Source of the DNA: a bacterium
GTDB lineage: Bacteria; UBP7; UBA6624; JBBIMK01
DNA: 32,000 nucleotides
Assembly: GCA_037444445.1 (NCBI GenBank)
Contig: JBBIMK010000005.1
Coordinates: 1-32,000, forward strand
Reading direction: 5' to 3'
Both the position numbers and the translations under genes were made by a program. The notes under the pieces were generated by a model. That model searched no databases, was not told the origin of the DNA, and saw only the letters and a list, made by a program, of their open reading frames with translations. Positions 18,455 to 26,367 of the stretch are shown one piece after another. Each line of letters begins with the position of its first letter. Positions within the stretch are counted from its first letter, which is position 1.

Positions 18455-19048
18455 TCATTTTCCATTTAACCACCCACTTTCTTTTTTCCTCATCCAGCCC
18501 ACTACTTCCCTGAGGTTTTCTCTAATGCTGGCATCACCTGTTTCCCTGGCAAGGGTGATTGCAGAGGCTCTTATGTATTGAATATCCAATCTGTTACCGG
18601 AACGGATGATGATGGCTTTTATATCGGCTTTATCCATATCTTCAAATCGTGCAATCTTGAACACAATAATATCTTCAGCGGTTGCAATGGGCAGTTTCCT
18701 GCCGAAAAGTCGCACAGAAATCGCCCTCTCCACTGTTTGTCGGTCTATCGTATAACTCGCAACTCTCAAATCAACCGAGAACACCTTTCCAAACCTTATC
18801 TTGACCGGTAACAGGCGCTTAAGCCTGAGCACCATTTTCGGCTGGGAAGACTCTGTGATTCCGAAACCATGGGATTTTAGATTCCAGAGAAGTTCATTGG
18901 GGTCGGCTGGCAATGTGGCAATGACAACATCCGCATCCAGTGTGGTTCTCGGTCTTCCTAATATAGATGCGGCAATCCCACCGATGATGACATACCTGAT
19001 TTTTAGGCTTTGCAGGACAGTGTCAAGCTGGTGTATCATTTTTTCCAT
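18455..19048 (-). CDS. nucleotidyltransferase-fold protein (minimal NTase, DUF2204/DUF6036-like) with a C-terminal helical extension
   Basis: 197 aa. IRYVIIGGIAASILGRPRTTLDADVVI fits the pol-beta-superfamily signature hGG/S...G..R.T.D.D. A helical tail of about 85 aa follows. The family name is from memory. An alternative ATG at 19039 forms an ATGA overlap with the upstream small ORF. Confidence 0.6.
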   Translation of the reverse strand: MEKMIHQLDTVLQSLKIRYVIIGGIAASILGRPRTTLDADVVIATLPADPNELLWNLKSHGFGITESSQPKMVLRLKRLLPVKIRFGKVFSVDLRVASYTIDRQTVERAISVRLFGRKLPIATAEDIIVFKIARFEDMDKADIKAIIIRSGNRLDIQYIRASAITLARETGDASIRENLREVVGWMRKKESGWLNGK

Positions 19049-19218
19049 ACTTCTGCCAGCCTCAATAATATCTCGGTTCGCCTGGCCGCCCGGGCGATGG
19101 TCAGCCTCTTTAACTCCAGAATCTCTGCCCTCGCAATATCCTGATATTCATCTAACGGCTTTCTGCCGAGAGTCTTTCTCTTTGTTTTTTTTGTTCGCTT
19201 ATTCATCCTGATATTCAA
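19036..19218 (-). CDS. hypothetical small protein with a basic N-terminus and helical C-terminus; candidate partner or regulator of the NTase-fold protein
   Basis: The track ORF is 60 aa from a TTG start, and an ATG at 19206 would give 56 aa: MNKRTKKTKRKTLGRKPLDEYQDIARAEILELKRLTIARAARRTEILLRLAEVWKK. Its stop overlaps the start of the downstream 197-aa ORF. Confidence 0.4.
   Translation of the reverse strand: MNIRMNKRTKKTKRKTLGRKPLDEYQDIARAEILELKRLTIARAARRTEILLRLAEVWKK
19138..19150. repeat. copy A of an exact 13-nt direct repeat (atcctgatattca)
   Basis: The identical 13-mer recurs 67 nt away at 19205-19217. The two copies are read in different codon phases (DEYQDI versus LNIRMN), so the repeat exists at the DNA level rather than the protein level. 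Confidence 0.8.
19205..19217. repeat. copy B of the exact 13-nt direct repeat (atcctgatattca), covering the start-codon region of the small ORF
   Basis: See copy A. A degenerate third match (tctgatatacc on the minus strand) lies at about 19343-19353, over the putative -10. Confidence 0.8.
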
Positions 19219-19343
19219 TCGGGGTCACAGGTCATATCTGCCCCCCCGCCTCGTCTGCTGTTTGTGAAAGAAGGGGCATCCCATCTTTCCAATAGAACGA
19301 AGGAAAAACTTCACCTTTCTCTGATTCATTCTTGCCGATTTCA

Positions 19344-19372
19344 GGTATATCAGATAAATTATGGAAAGTCAA
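19344..19372 (-). promoter_or_regulatory. candidate sigma70-type promoter of the NTase cassette
   Basis: The minus strand reads TTGACT (19372-19367), a 17-nt spacer, then TATACC (19349-19344). The -35 is good and the -10 is weak. The site is about 130 nt upstream of the small ORF. Confidence 0.25.
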
Positions 19373-19479
19373 CTTTCCTACCTTTTTCCAAAAATGATGA
19401 CATATTACCGTGCTGACCCTAAATCACCCCACATTTGCCAGGCAAAAACCGGAAAGGTGTAATAAAATAGGAATCAGAG

Positions 19480-20205
19480 ATGGGGAAACTATTTTTGTTG
19501 ATGATAGGGGCAATGGTGTTATGGCGGATTTTCGGGGCGTATCGTTTTCTACCGATTCTTCGGAAGATTTCCGGGTTGACAGTATTTGAGGAAGCGGTGG
19601 GGCGGAGTGCAGAATTGGGGCGGCCGGTACTCTTTTGCACGGGCGCCGGCGGGATTGATGCCACGCTCCTGGGCGCTCTGCCCATCTTGAATTATGTGGC
19701 CGGGCTTTGTGCTCGGATGGGCATGCCCCTGTTGGTTCCCGTGTGCGACCCGCCCACTTATCCTATGGAGGAAGAAATCGTTCGTCAAGCGTTTCTGGCG
19801 GAGGGGCAAGAAGCCCTTTATTCCCCGGAGAATGTCCGCTACCTTTCCAATAATCAAAACGCTTTTGCGGCTGGCACTGCGGGATGGATTCTACGGGAAC
19901 GCGTGGGGGCCACCTTCCTCCTGGGGTATTACGGATATGAATCGCTGATTATCGCCGAGGCGGGGCAGAGGGTTGGGGCTTTCCAGATTGGAGGCGCTCC
20001 GCAGTACTACCAGATTCCCTTTTTCATCGCCACCTGCGACTATACTCTCATTGGAGAAGAATTCTTCGCCGCCTCTGCTTATCTCGCCTCTGAACCCCAG
20101 ATGGTGGGGTCTCTCGTCGGGCAGGACTGGACGAAGTTTGCCCTGCTGGTTCTCATCCTTCTGGGGACCCTCGCTTCTACCCTCCAATCCTTCCTCCTTT
20201 CATAG
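19480..20205 (+). CDS. hypothetical membrane protein
   Basis: 241 aa. It has an N-terminal TM segment (LFLLMIGAMVLWRIFG) and a C-terminal TM segment (FALLVLILLGTLASTL) flanking a conserved-looking core (PVLFCTGAGGIDATLLGALPILNYVAG...GYYGYESLIIAEAGQ). I cannot name a family with confidence. Confidence 0.6.
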   Translation: MGKLFLLMIGAMVLWRIFGAYRFLPILRKISGLTVFEEAVGRSAELGRPVLFCTGAGGIDATLLGALPILNYVAGLCARMGMPLLVPVCDPPTYPMEEEIVRQAFLAEGQEALYSPENVRYLSNNQNAFAAGTAGWILRERVGATFLLGYYGYESLIIAEAGQRVGAFQIGGAPQYYQIPFFIATCDYTLIGEEFFAASAYLASEPQMVGSLVGQDWTKFALLVLILLGTLASTLQSFLLS

Positions 20206-20406
20206 ACCGTTTGAGACTGAAAAGAAGGGAGGATACATCGTGATTTCCAAATCTGAGATATCCCATAGTATAATGCGAGTATGTTTTCTTCTCCCATTGA
20301 GCACTCGCCCCGCCACTTCTCGCTCTTACTTTTCACAGGGTTCATCCGGAATTGGGGTTAGAGGCTTTGCATAATCAGAAAATCTGTGATACAGTAGAAT
20401 ATCAGT

Positions 20407-21198
20407 ATGGAGGTTCAGGTGCTTCCAATTTCCAGTGGGAGTTGTGGAAACTGCTTCTTCTTCCAGTGTGGTGATACGCGATTTCTGATAGATGCGGGGG
20501 TTTCAGTTTCTTCCATTCAGTCCGCACTGGAGGTGCATCGGATTCCTCTCCAATCTCTGAATGCGGTGTTCGTGACCCATGACCATCATGACCATATTGC
20601 CTACCTGAAGGACCTCTTAAAATTGCATCCTGTGCCCGTGTGGCTTTCTTCCCGCCTCTCCCATCTGGGAGAATGGCTGGAAGAGGAAGAGATTTATTAC
20701 TTTCCATTTCATCCGGGGCAGAAACTTTCCTTTGGAGATGTATGGGTGTATCCCCTCTCGCTCCCGCATGATGCCATTTCCACAGTAGGATATATTTTTC
20801 AGTATCGGGATGTGAAGTTATCCTATTTCACTGATTTAGGGGTTTGTCTTCCTTCTATGATGAGGGCAGCGGAGAGTTCCACCTTACTGGTTGTAGAGGC
20901 GAATCATGATGAAGAGAAACTGGTGAGCGGTCCTTATCCGGAGTATTTGAAGAAGAGAATTCAGAGTTCGGTAGGGCATCTATCCAATCGTCAATGCGGG
21001 GAGGCGCTGGTGCAAATTCTTTCCAACGGAAGTGGGAGGATGGATGTTTTGCTGGCTCATTTAAGCGCGGTGAACAATACGCCGGAAACGGCGCTTTCTA
21101 CGGTGGAAACGATACTCAAGAAGGCGGGGAAGCGGGAGAAGGTTCGGTTGAGTTTCGCTCCCCGGGGAAAACCAGGCCACCTCTGGCGTCTTTCTTAG
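20407..21198 (+). CDS. MBL-fold metallo-hydrolase (YycJ/WalJ-like)
   Basis: 263 aa. It has the metallo-beta-lactamase motif VFVTHDHHDHIAYL, a downstream H/D ligand pattern (LPHDA, EANHD) and the terminal GHLSN. Confidence 0.88.
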   Translation: MEVQVLPISSGSCGNCFFFQCGDTRFLIDAGVSVSSIQSALEVHRIPLQSLNAVFVTHDHHDHIAYLKDLLKLHPVPVWLSSRLSHLGEWLEEEEIYYFPFHPGQKLSFGDVWVYPLSLPHDAISTVGYIFQYRDVKLSYFTDLGVCLPSMMRAAESSTLLVVEANHDEEKLVSGPYPEYLKKRIQSSVGHLSNRQCGEALVQILSNGSGRMDVLLAHLSAVNNTPETALSTVETILKKAGKREKVRLSFAPRGKPGHLWRLS

Positions 21199-21199
21199 T

Positions 21200-22102
21200 A
21201 TGACGCTTTCTACGGCAGTAGTTGCCTCTCGGTCCGTGATGGCGGGCATTGATGTGGGTGGAACAAAAACCCTCTGCCTTCTGCGAAGCGAGGGAAGGGA
21301 GCAGGTGAAGAGGTTTATTACACCGAAAAGATGGGACTTCCTGGTGAAGGTTTTACAGTCGTGGGTGGAGGCGACAGAGCCAGAGTGTCTGGGAATTGCT
21401 CTACCCTCGCCGATTAGCGGGGGAGGGATAGCGGAGCAGGCTCCCAATCTGGGGTGGAATAAAAAAGATGTGAGGGAGGTTTTCGGAGGCTGGGCGAAGC
21501 GGGTTCGGATTCTGAATGATGTGACGGCGGCGGCGGTAGCAGAGAAGTATGCCGGGGATGCGAAAACATTGTCCGATTTCCTTTGCATCTACATCGGCAC
21601 AGGAATCGGGGGTGGCGGATATTCCCGTGGAAGACTGATAACGGGAGCATTTGGGCGTGGCATGGAAATTGGCCACCAGCAGGTGGACCCGGAGGGGATG
21701 CCCTGCACCTGTGGGGCCCGGGGATGCTGGGAAACTCTTGCGGGCACAGCCGGATTTCTCCGCATCGCCTCGGGGCTGGGGCTGGGGGGGCTCTCCCCGC
21801 CCCGCCTGTTTATGCTGGCAGGAAAAGGAAATCCAAAAGCCCGAAAACTCCTGGATATTTACACCGATTGTGTTGCCCTCGGAGCGGCAAACCTGGTGGC
21901 AATCCTGGACCCCTCTGCCCTTTTCTTCGGTGGTGGATTGATGAAATCCTGGAGGCTTTTCAGCGGGCCTCTCAGCGTCAAGATTCGTAGAAGGGTAAGA
22001 ATCTTCCATACCCGAAAATTACAAATCCTTCATTCCAGGTTAGGAGATAGGGCTGTGGCACTGGGTGCCCTGATGGCAGTTCAGCACGAAGATGACCTCT
22101 AA
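21200..22102 (+). CDS. ROK-family sugar kinase (glucokinase-like)
   Basis: 300 aa. It has the ATP-binding motif GIDVGGTKT and the ROK zinc motif CTCGARGCWETLAG. It starts 1 nt after the stop of the MBL gene. Confidence 0.88.
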   Translation: MTLSTAVVASRSVMAGIDVGGTKTLCLLRSEGREQVKRFITPKRWDFLVKVLQSWVEATEPECLGIALPSPISGGGIAEQAPNLGWNKKDVREVFGGWAKRVRILNDVTAAAVAEKYAGDAKTLSDFLCIYIGTGIGGGGYSRGRLITGAFGRGMEIGHQQVDPEGMPCTCGARGCWETLAGTAGFLRIASGLGLGGLSPPRLFMLAGKGNPKARKLLDIYTDCVALGAANLVAILDPSALFFGGGLMKSWRLFSGPLSVKIRRRVRIFHTRKLQILHSRLGDRAVALGALMAVQHEDDL

Positions 22103-22916
22103 GGGAATCTACACGGACCTGGCATTACCTCTTGCGGTGGTTTTACTGCTCACCTTTCTGGCGGGAGATTGGGGGCTAACCTGGTTGGTGAACGAACTCT
22201 CAATCCCAGCCATACGATACTTCGGTCTTTTGTCGGCTCTCATTTCCATCGTAGTGATTGCAGTGTTGGCTTTTTCATACGTTTCCGTTCCGCGTCATTT
22301 TCAGACGCACTTGCTGCTGGGAATTATTTCCTTTGCGCTCTTATTGTTTTTGGGCGCTCAGCACTGGGAAGAGGGGGCGAGGACAGCGTGGGCGATAAAG
22401 GATTTCGCCGGCATCCTCCTTGCCCTTTCACTTTCTGCCCTCGTGGCGGGTGTATTCTACCGGGAAGAATTTTTACTCCCCCTATCGCTGGTGGCGGCCT
22501 TCGTGGAAGTATCTGCCGTCTTCCTGAAAATCATCCCTCCCTTCTATGGTAGCGGTTTTCGCCTGTCCATGACGACGATTGAATTTATCCCTTTTGAAAC
22601 CGTTACAGGCTCCTCACCTTCCATCTTATGGGCAGACTTTTTCTTCTATGGCTTCTTCCTTGCAGTGGTGGAGCCCTTCCGTTTAGACCTGCGAAAGAAT
22701 GCGTTCGTTCTTACCCTCGCCCTCTGGATTTTAGCCACCCTCTCCTACTTCCTCCATTACAGTAAATCCCTCCCCGGCATTCCTTTGCTGGTATTGTTCT
22801 TCTTCCTCCTGAACTGGAAAGCCCTTCGCTTGAAGCGGGAAGAAGTCATTCTTTCCATCGCCTTTTTCATCGCTGTTATACTCGTTTTCGGAATCGCCAT
22901 TCTGAGTCTGCGATGA
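22092..22916 (+). CDS. hypothetical polytopic membrane protein
   Basis: 274 aa and hydrophobic throughout, with about 7-8 TM helices. It overlaps the end of the ROK gene by 11 nt and is ATGA-coupled to the next gene. Confidence 0.6.
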   Translation: MTSKGIYTDLALPLAVVLLLTFLAGDWGLTWLVNELSIPAIRYFGLLSALISIVVIAVLAFSYVSVPRHFQTHLLLGIISFALLLFLGAQHWEEGARTAWAIKDFAGILLALSLSALVAGVFYREEFLLPLSLVAAFVEVSAVFLKIIPPFYGSGFRLSMTTIEFIPFETVTGSSPSILWADFFFYGFFLAVVEPFRLDLRKNAFVLTLALWILATLSYFLHYSKSLPGIPLLVLFFFLLNWKALRLKREEVILSIAFFIAVILVFGIAILSLR

Positions 22917-23428
22917 AACGGTTGCGCTGGCAAACTATACTGCTCATTGGATTTTCTCTCATCCTTTTGCTCTTCTTTATTTACATTTCTGCGGGGAGAA
23001 ATAAAGCGGCCATGCTGGTGGGGAAAAAGGCTCCCGATTTCACCCTTCCGGATGAAAATGAAAATCTGCTTACGCTTTCTTCTTTACAGGGTTCACGAAT
23101 CTGGCTAATATATTGGATGATGGACTGTATTCCCTGCCGGAATGAACTGGAGTATGTGCAAGAGGAAGTGGAAAAAGGGGGAGGGTCTTCTCTGGCGGTG
23201 GCTGTAAACCTGGACACAGTTTCAACTTCCTCTCGGGAATGGTTGAAAAAGTTGAATCCCTCTTATCTGACCCTGTTTGACCCTGCCCAGAGCACAGCAA
23301 AAACATATTCTCTACTGATTTTCCCTGCCAATTTCTTCATAGATGAACAGGGCATCGTCCGAGACTATATTGCCGGGTTTCACCCATATTTGAAGGAGAA
23401 AGCAACGGAATGGATGAAAACTCGCTGA
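22913..23428 (+). CDS. TlpA/ResA-like membrane-anchored thiol:disulfide oxidoreductase
   Basis: 171 aa. It has an N-terminal TM anchor, the KAPDFTLPDENENLLTLSSLQG motif and the thioredoxin-fold CxxC motif (WMMDCIPCRNE). Confidence 0.85.
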   Translation: MKRLRWQTILLIGFSLILLLFFIYISAGRNKAAMLVGKKAPDFTLPDENENLLTLSSLQGSRIWLIYWMMDCIPCRNELEYVQEEVEKGGGSSLAVAVNLDTVSTSSREWLKKLNPSYLTLFDPAQSTAKTYSLLIFPANFFIDEQGIVRDYIAGFHPYLKEKATEWMKTR

Positions 23429-24858
23429 AAGAAGGATTGACTCGTATCCTCGGGGCGTCGGCTATGAACCTTCTGGAATCCCATCCTGAAATTTACGCGG
23501 TAGGAGGGGTGGTCCGCGACCTTCTTCTACACCGGAAGATTCTGGATGTGGACATTCTTCTGGATGGCATTGCCTCGGAGGAGATTATTCAGAAAATGGG
23601 GTCTTTGGTTCAGACCACTTTTCGGGTGAACGACCGTTTTCAAACCCGACGGGCCATTCTTCAGAATGGCTGTATCCTGGATTTCACCGAACTGGCAGGA
23701 AAAACTCTCGGTGAGGACATTCGGCGGAGGGATTTCACTCTCAATGCTCTCGTCTACCATTTTCATTCTCAGCGGATTCTGGATGAAGTGGGGGGGCTTT
23801 CTGACCTGAGAGGAGGCATTCTCCGGATGCTCCAGGAGAAGAATTTTGAGGAGGACCCCTTAAGGCTTCTGCGGGCATATCGTCTGCGACACGAACTGGG
23901 ATTTACAGTGGAGAGAGGAACAGAAAAAGCCATCCGGGAGCGGGCGCATCTTGTGCGAGAGGTTGCACCGGAGCGTCTTCAGGAGGAATTACACCGCCTT
24001 CTACGACTGCCCGAATTTTCCACCGTTGCACGGGAACTGGCGGATTCTAACCTGCTGTTCTCCCTGTTTCCCTGCCTGGAGGGGCTGAAGAGTGGAGTCG
24101 CCAGCCCCGTTTCCTCCCTTACGGTTCTGGAACATACTTTCCGCTCCCTCAGGGAACTGGAGAACATCCTGAAGCATCTCAAGGACCATTTCCACCCCTA
24201 TCACTTTTACCTGCAAAATTTCTTGAAAGAGCATGAAGAAGTTTTACCGCTCATCCGGCTTGCCCTGTTGTTTCATGATTCAGCAAAGCCGATAACCCAG
24301 AAGGAAGCCGATGGCGACATCACTTACTATGGGCATGATGTGGAGGGTGCTCGCCTTGCGGAAGAGACCCTGACACAACTCCGCTTCCCTAAGAAAGATG
24401 TGGACTGGGTGGTCACACTGGTTCGTGGACACCTCCGCATCGGATTCTATTCCAACGAGCGAGAAGTAACTCCACGAAAAATCTACCGCTTCTTCAAGGA
24501 ATTCGGGGAGAAAGGCATTGCCCTCATCCTTCATTCCAGAGCCGATTTGCTTGGATATGACTTTGATTATGAATCTATTCCCTGGGGAATGTATCAAAAA
24601 GAGATTTCCCGGGGGCTATTATCCGCCTATTTTGAGCAGAACAAAGTGGTGGTGAAGCCGCCGAAGTGGGTAACTGGAAAGGATTTGCTAAAGATGAATA
24701 TCCCCGCCGGTCCGGCTTATCGCTGGATACTGGAGAAAATAGAGGAGGGGCAGGTGGAAGGACGGATTCCCTCCCGAGAGACCGCTCTTTCCCGGGTGAA
24801 AGCCCTTTATGAAGAATATCAACGCACTGTCTCCTCCCCACAGAGAGAGGTGGAATGA
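23410..24858 (+). CDS. cca: CCA-adding tRNA nucleotidyltransferase / poly(A) polymerase family enzyme with an HD domain
   Basis: 482 aa. It has the class II NTase head AVGGVVRDLLLHRKILDVDILL and RRDFTLNAL. The body motif EDPLRLLRAYR is present. The C-terminal HD domain shows LLFHDSAKP...GHDVEGARLAE. I cannot separate CC-adding, A-adding and CCA-adding specificity by eye. Confidence 0.8.
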   Translation: MDENSLKEGLTRILGASAMNLLESHPEIYAVGGVVRDLLLHRKILDVDILLDGIASEEIIQKMGSLVQTTFRVNDRFQTRRAILQNGCILDFTELAGKTLGEDIRRRDFTLNALVYHFHSQRILDEVGGLSDLRGGILRMLQEKNFEEDPLRLLRAYRLRHELGFTVERGTEKAIRERAHLVREVAPERLQEELHRLLRLPEFSTVARELADSNLLFSLFPCLEGLKSGVASPVSSLTVLEHTFRSLRELENILKHLKDHFHPYHFYLQNFLKEHEEVLPLIRLALLFHDSAKPITQKEADGDITYYGHDVEGARLAEETLTQLRFPKKDVDWVVTLVRGHLRIGFYSNEREVTPRKIYRFFKEFGEKGIALILHSRADLLGYDFDYESIPWGMYQKEISRGLLSAYFEQNKVVVKPPKWVTGKDLLKMNIPAGPAYRWILEKIEEGQVEGRIPSRETALSRVKALYEEYQRTVSSPQREVE

Positions 24859-24865
24859 ACCGAAG

Positions 24866-25630
24866 ATGCCCGGCATGTATTTTATCGGAGTGGATTTTCC
24901 TCTGCGGGATGGTTCCGCATCTGCAGGGCTGGCTTTCCTCCAGTTTGATGGCAAAGCCGCATCCCTGAAGGAATATACCACCCTTTCCTCTGTGGAGGAC
25001 ATTTCGCTATGGATACTGGACCGGTGCCGTTTTTTTGGCATCGTGGCGGTGAATGTTCCATACCGTTCCCCCCGGGGGGAAGCCCCCTTACGGCCAGCGG
25101 AGAAGCAAATGGCAGAGAGACTGGCTCCTTACGCCCCATCCAAATCTTCTAACAAAAACGCCTATCTCGGACATTCCCTGCGCCTTCAAGAACTTTTCCA
25201 GCAATTGAGCGAGTGGGAATTTGAACCGGACCCGTTTTTCCAGCCCAGAACTATCGTTCGCGCCTGGTTAGAGGTTTCATCCCAGGCTTCCCAGGTAGCC
25301 CTCTTCCAGTTAAAGAAATTCTTCACCCCCCCTCCGGGGGATAACCAACAGAGATTGAAAAAACTTCACGAATTCCAGAAGCAGATACTGGAGAAATTGC
25401 CCCGGGAGGACCCACCGCTATTGGCAAATGCTTCCCTTCTATCCCTGAGTGTGTCTGGAGCATCAACCAGAGGTTCAGCAAAGGGGGAAGCACTGGAGAA
25501 GGTTCTGAATGCAGTGCTGTGTGCCTACACCGGGCTTTACTACTGGTGGTGGGGCGGTTCCCGCTGCCAGGTCTTTGGCTCTGAATCAGAAGGCTACATC
25601 GTGGCTCCCACTCTCCCCAGGCCCCCCTGA
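24866..25630 (+). CDS. DUF429-like (RNase H-fold) hypothetical protein
   Basis: The track ORF starts at 24809 inside cca. I prefer the ATG at 24866 (MPGMYFIGVDF...), 8 nt after the cca stop. The motif order GVDF ... VAVNVPYRSP..RPAEKQM ... EVSSQAS ... KVLNAVLCAYTG ... GYIVAP resembles DUF429 as I remember it. Confidence 0.45.
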   Translation: MPGMYFIGVDFPLRDGSASAGLAFLQFDGKAASLKEYTTLSSVEDISLWILDRCRFFGIVAVNVPYRSPRGEAPLRPAEKQMAERLAPYAPSKSSNKNAYLGHSLRLQELFQQLSEWEFEPDPFFQPRTIVRAWLEVSSQASQVALFQLKKFFTPPPGDNQQRLKKLHEFQKQILEKLPREDPPLLANASLLSLSVSGASTRGSAKGEALEKVLNAVLCAYTGLYYWWWGGSRCQVFGSESEGYIVAPTLPRPP

Positions 25631-26292
25631 GGGTTCGGAACAATCTTATCCCACCAATGATTCTCCCTGAAAACATCAACTCATCGGATTACAACCCAAT
25701 GAGCGGGGGTGCTCTTCCTTCGTTAAAGCCAGAGCCTCAGGCACAACCCTATCAAGTTCCTTGCAATCAGGTATTGCTTTACTATCCCTTCCAATTCCCT
25801 CCTGATACTGTCATTAACTTTTTGTGGCAGTGGAGAATTGGTTTCCGCTAATAAAGGGTGAAAATGGGACAATACGAAGCAGGATATTCCCTGCACAAAT
25901 TTCGGCGATTTCATACGCAGAATTGACATTTCTCGTTTTATACGGTAAACTAATTTCACGCTACATATTTGCATCTGCAAAACAGGGAGATGAGACCCTG
26001 GAACATCAGGAGTGGGTAAAGACTTTTCGGTCAGAGCACGCATCTTCAGGAAGAAGCCATCAGAGAAATGGAAAAAGCCATTGAAATGGCAAAGGATGTC
26101 TTCCATCTCTGGAATAACCTGGATGCGGGAGCCGATGCCTCTGCCCCTTTTCACTGCATTTTTGAAATAAATATACCTCCTCAAGAGGCGAGGGTGGGTA
26201 AGAAGAATTTTCTATTTTCTTGACCACAAGAGAGGGTAGCAGTTAACACGGAATAGAGGTGCGCAACTCGGGTTCTTTCTTTAATATTGAGA

Positions 26293-26357
26293 TATAATAA
26301 AAGTGGAGGGAAAGGATGGGTGCGTGTGGAGTTTCATTGGAAGTAGCCTGAAAGGAG
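26293..26357 (+). promoter_or_regulatory. candidate -10 (TATAAT, 26293-26298) and strong SD (AAGGAG, 26352-26357) ahead of the ATPase gene
   Basis: gatataataaaag contains a perfect TATAAT in an AT-rich context, with no good -35. The aaaggag SD lies 10 nt upstream of the GTG at 26368. Confidence 0.35.
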
Positions 26358-26367
26358 AAAAGTAATT

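Noticed and set aside
20240-20374. 44-codon GTG ORF with a good GGGAGG SD, between the 241-aa membrane-protein gene and the MBL gene.
   Set aside because: The peptide (VISKSEISHSIMRVCFLLPLSTRPATSRSYFSQGSSGIGVRGFA) has no features. The SD match may be fortuitous. There is not enough evidence to call a gene.
21401-22009. 202-aa minus-strand ORF antisense to the ROK kinase gene. The same applies to 29446..30048 (200 aa) antisense to the esterase gene, and to 1328..1705 and 2897..3214 antisense to the glycosyltransferase genes.
   Set aside because: These are shadow ORFs of well-supported genes, with skewed Arg/Pro/Gly composition and no recognisable domains.
25723-26184. 153-aa minus-strand ORF in the gap upstream of the ATPase gene.
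   Set aside because: It has no SD, odd composition and no motifs. Protein-like runs appear in several frames, which suggests decayed sequence rather than an intact gene. The region is reported as a finding instead.
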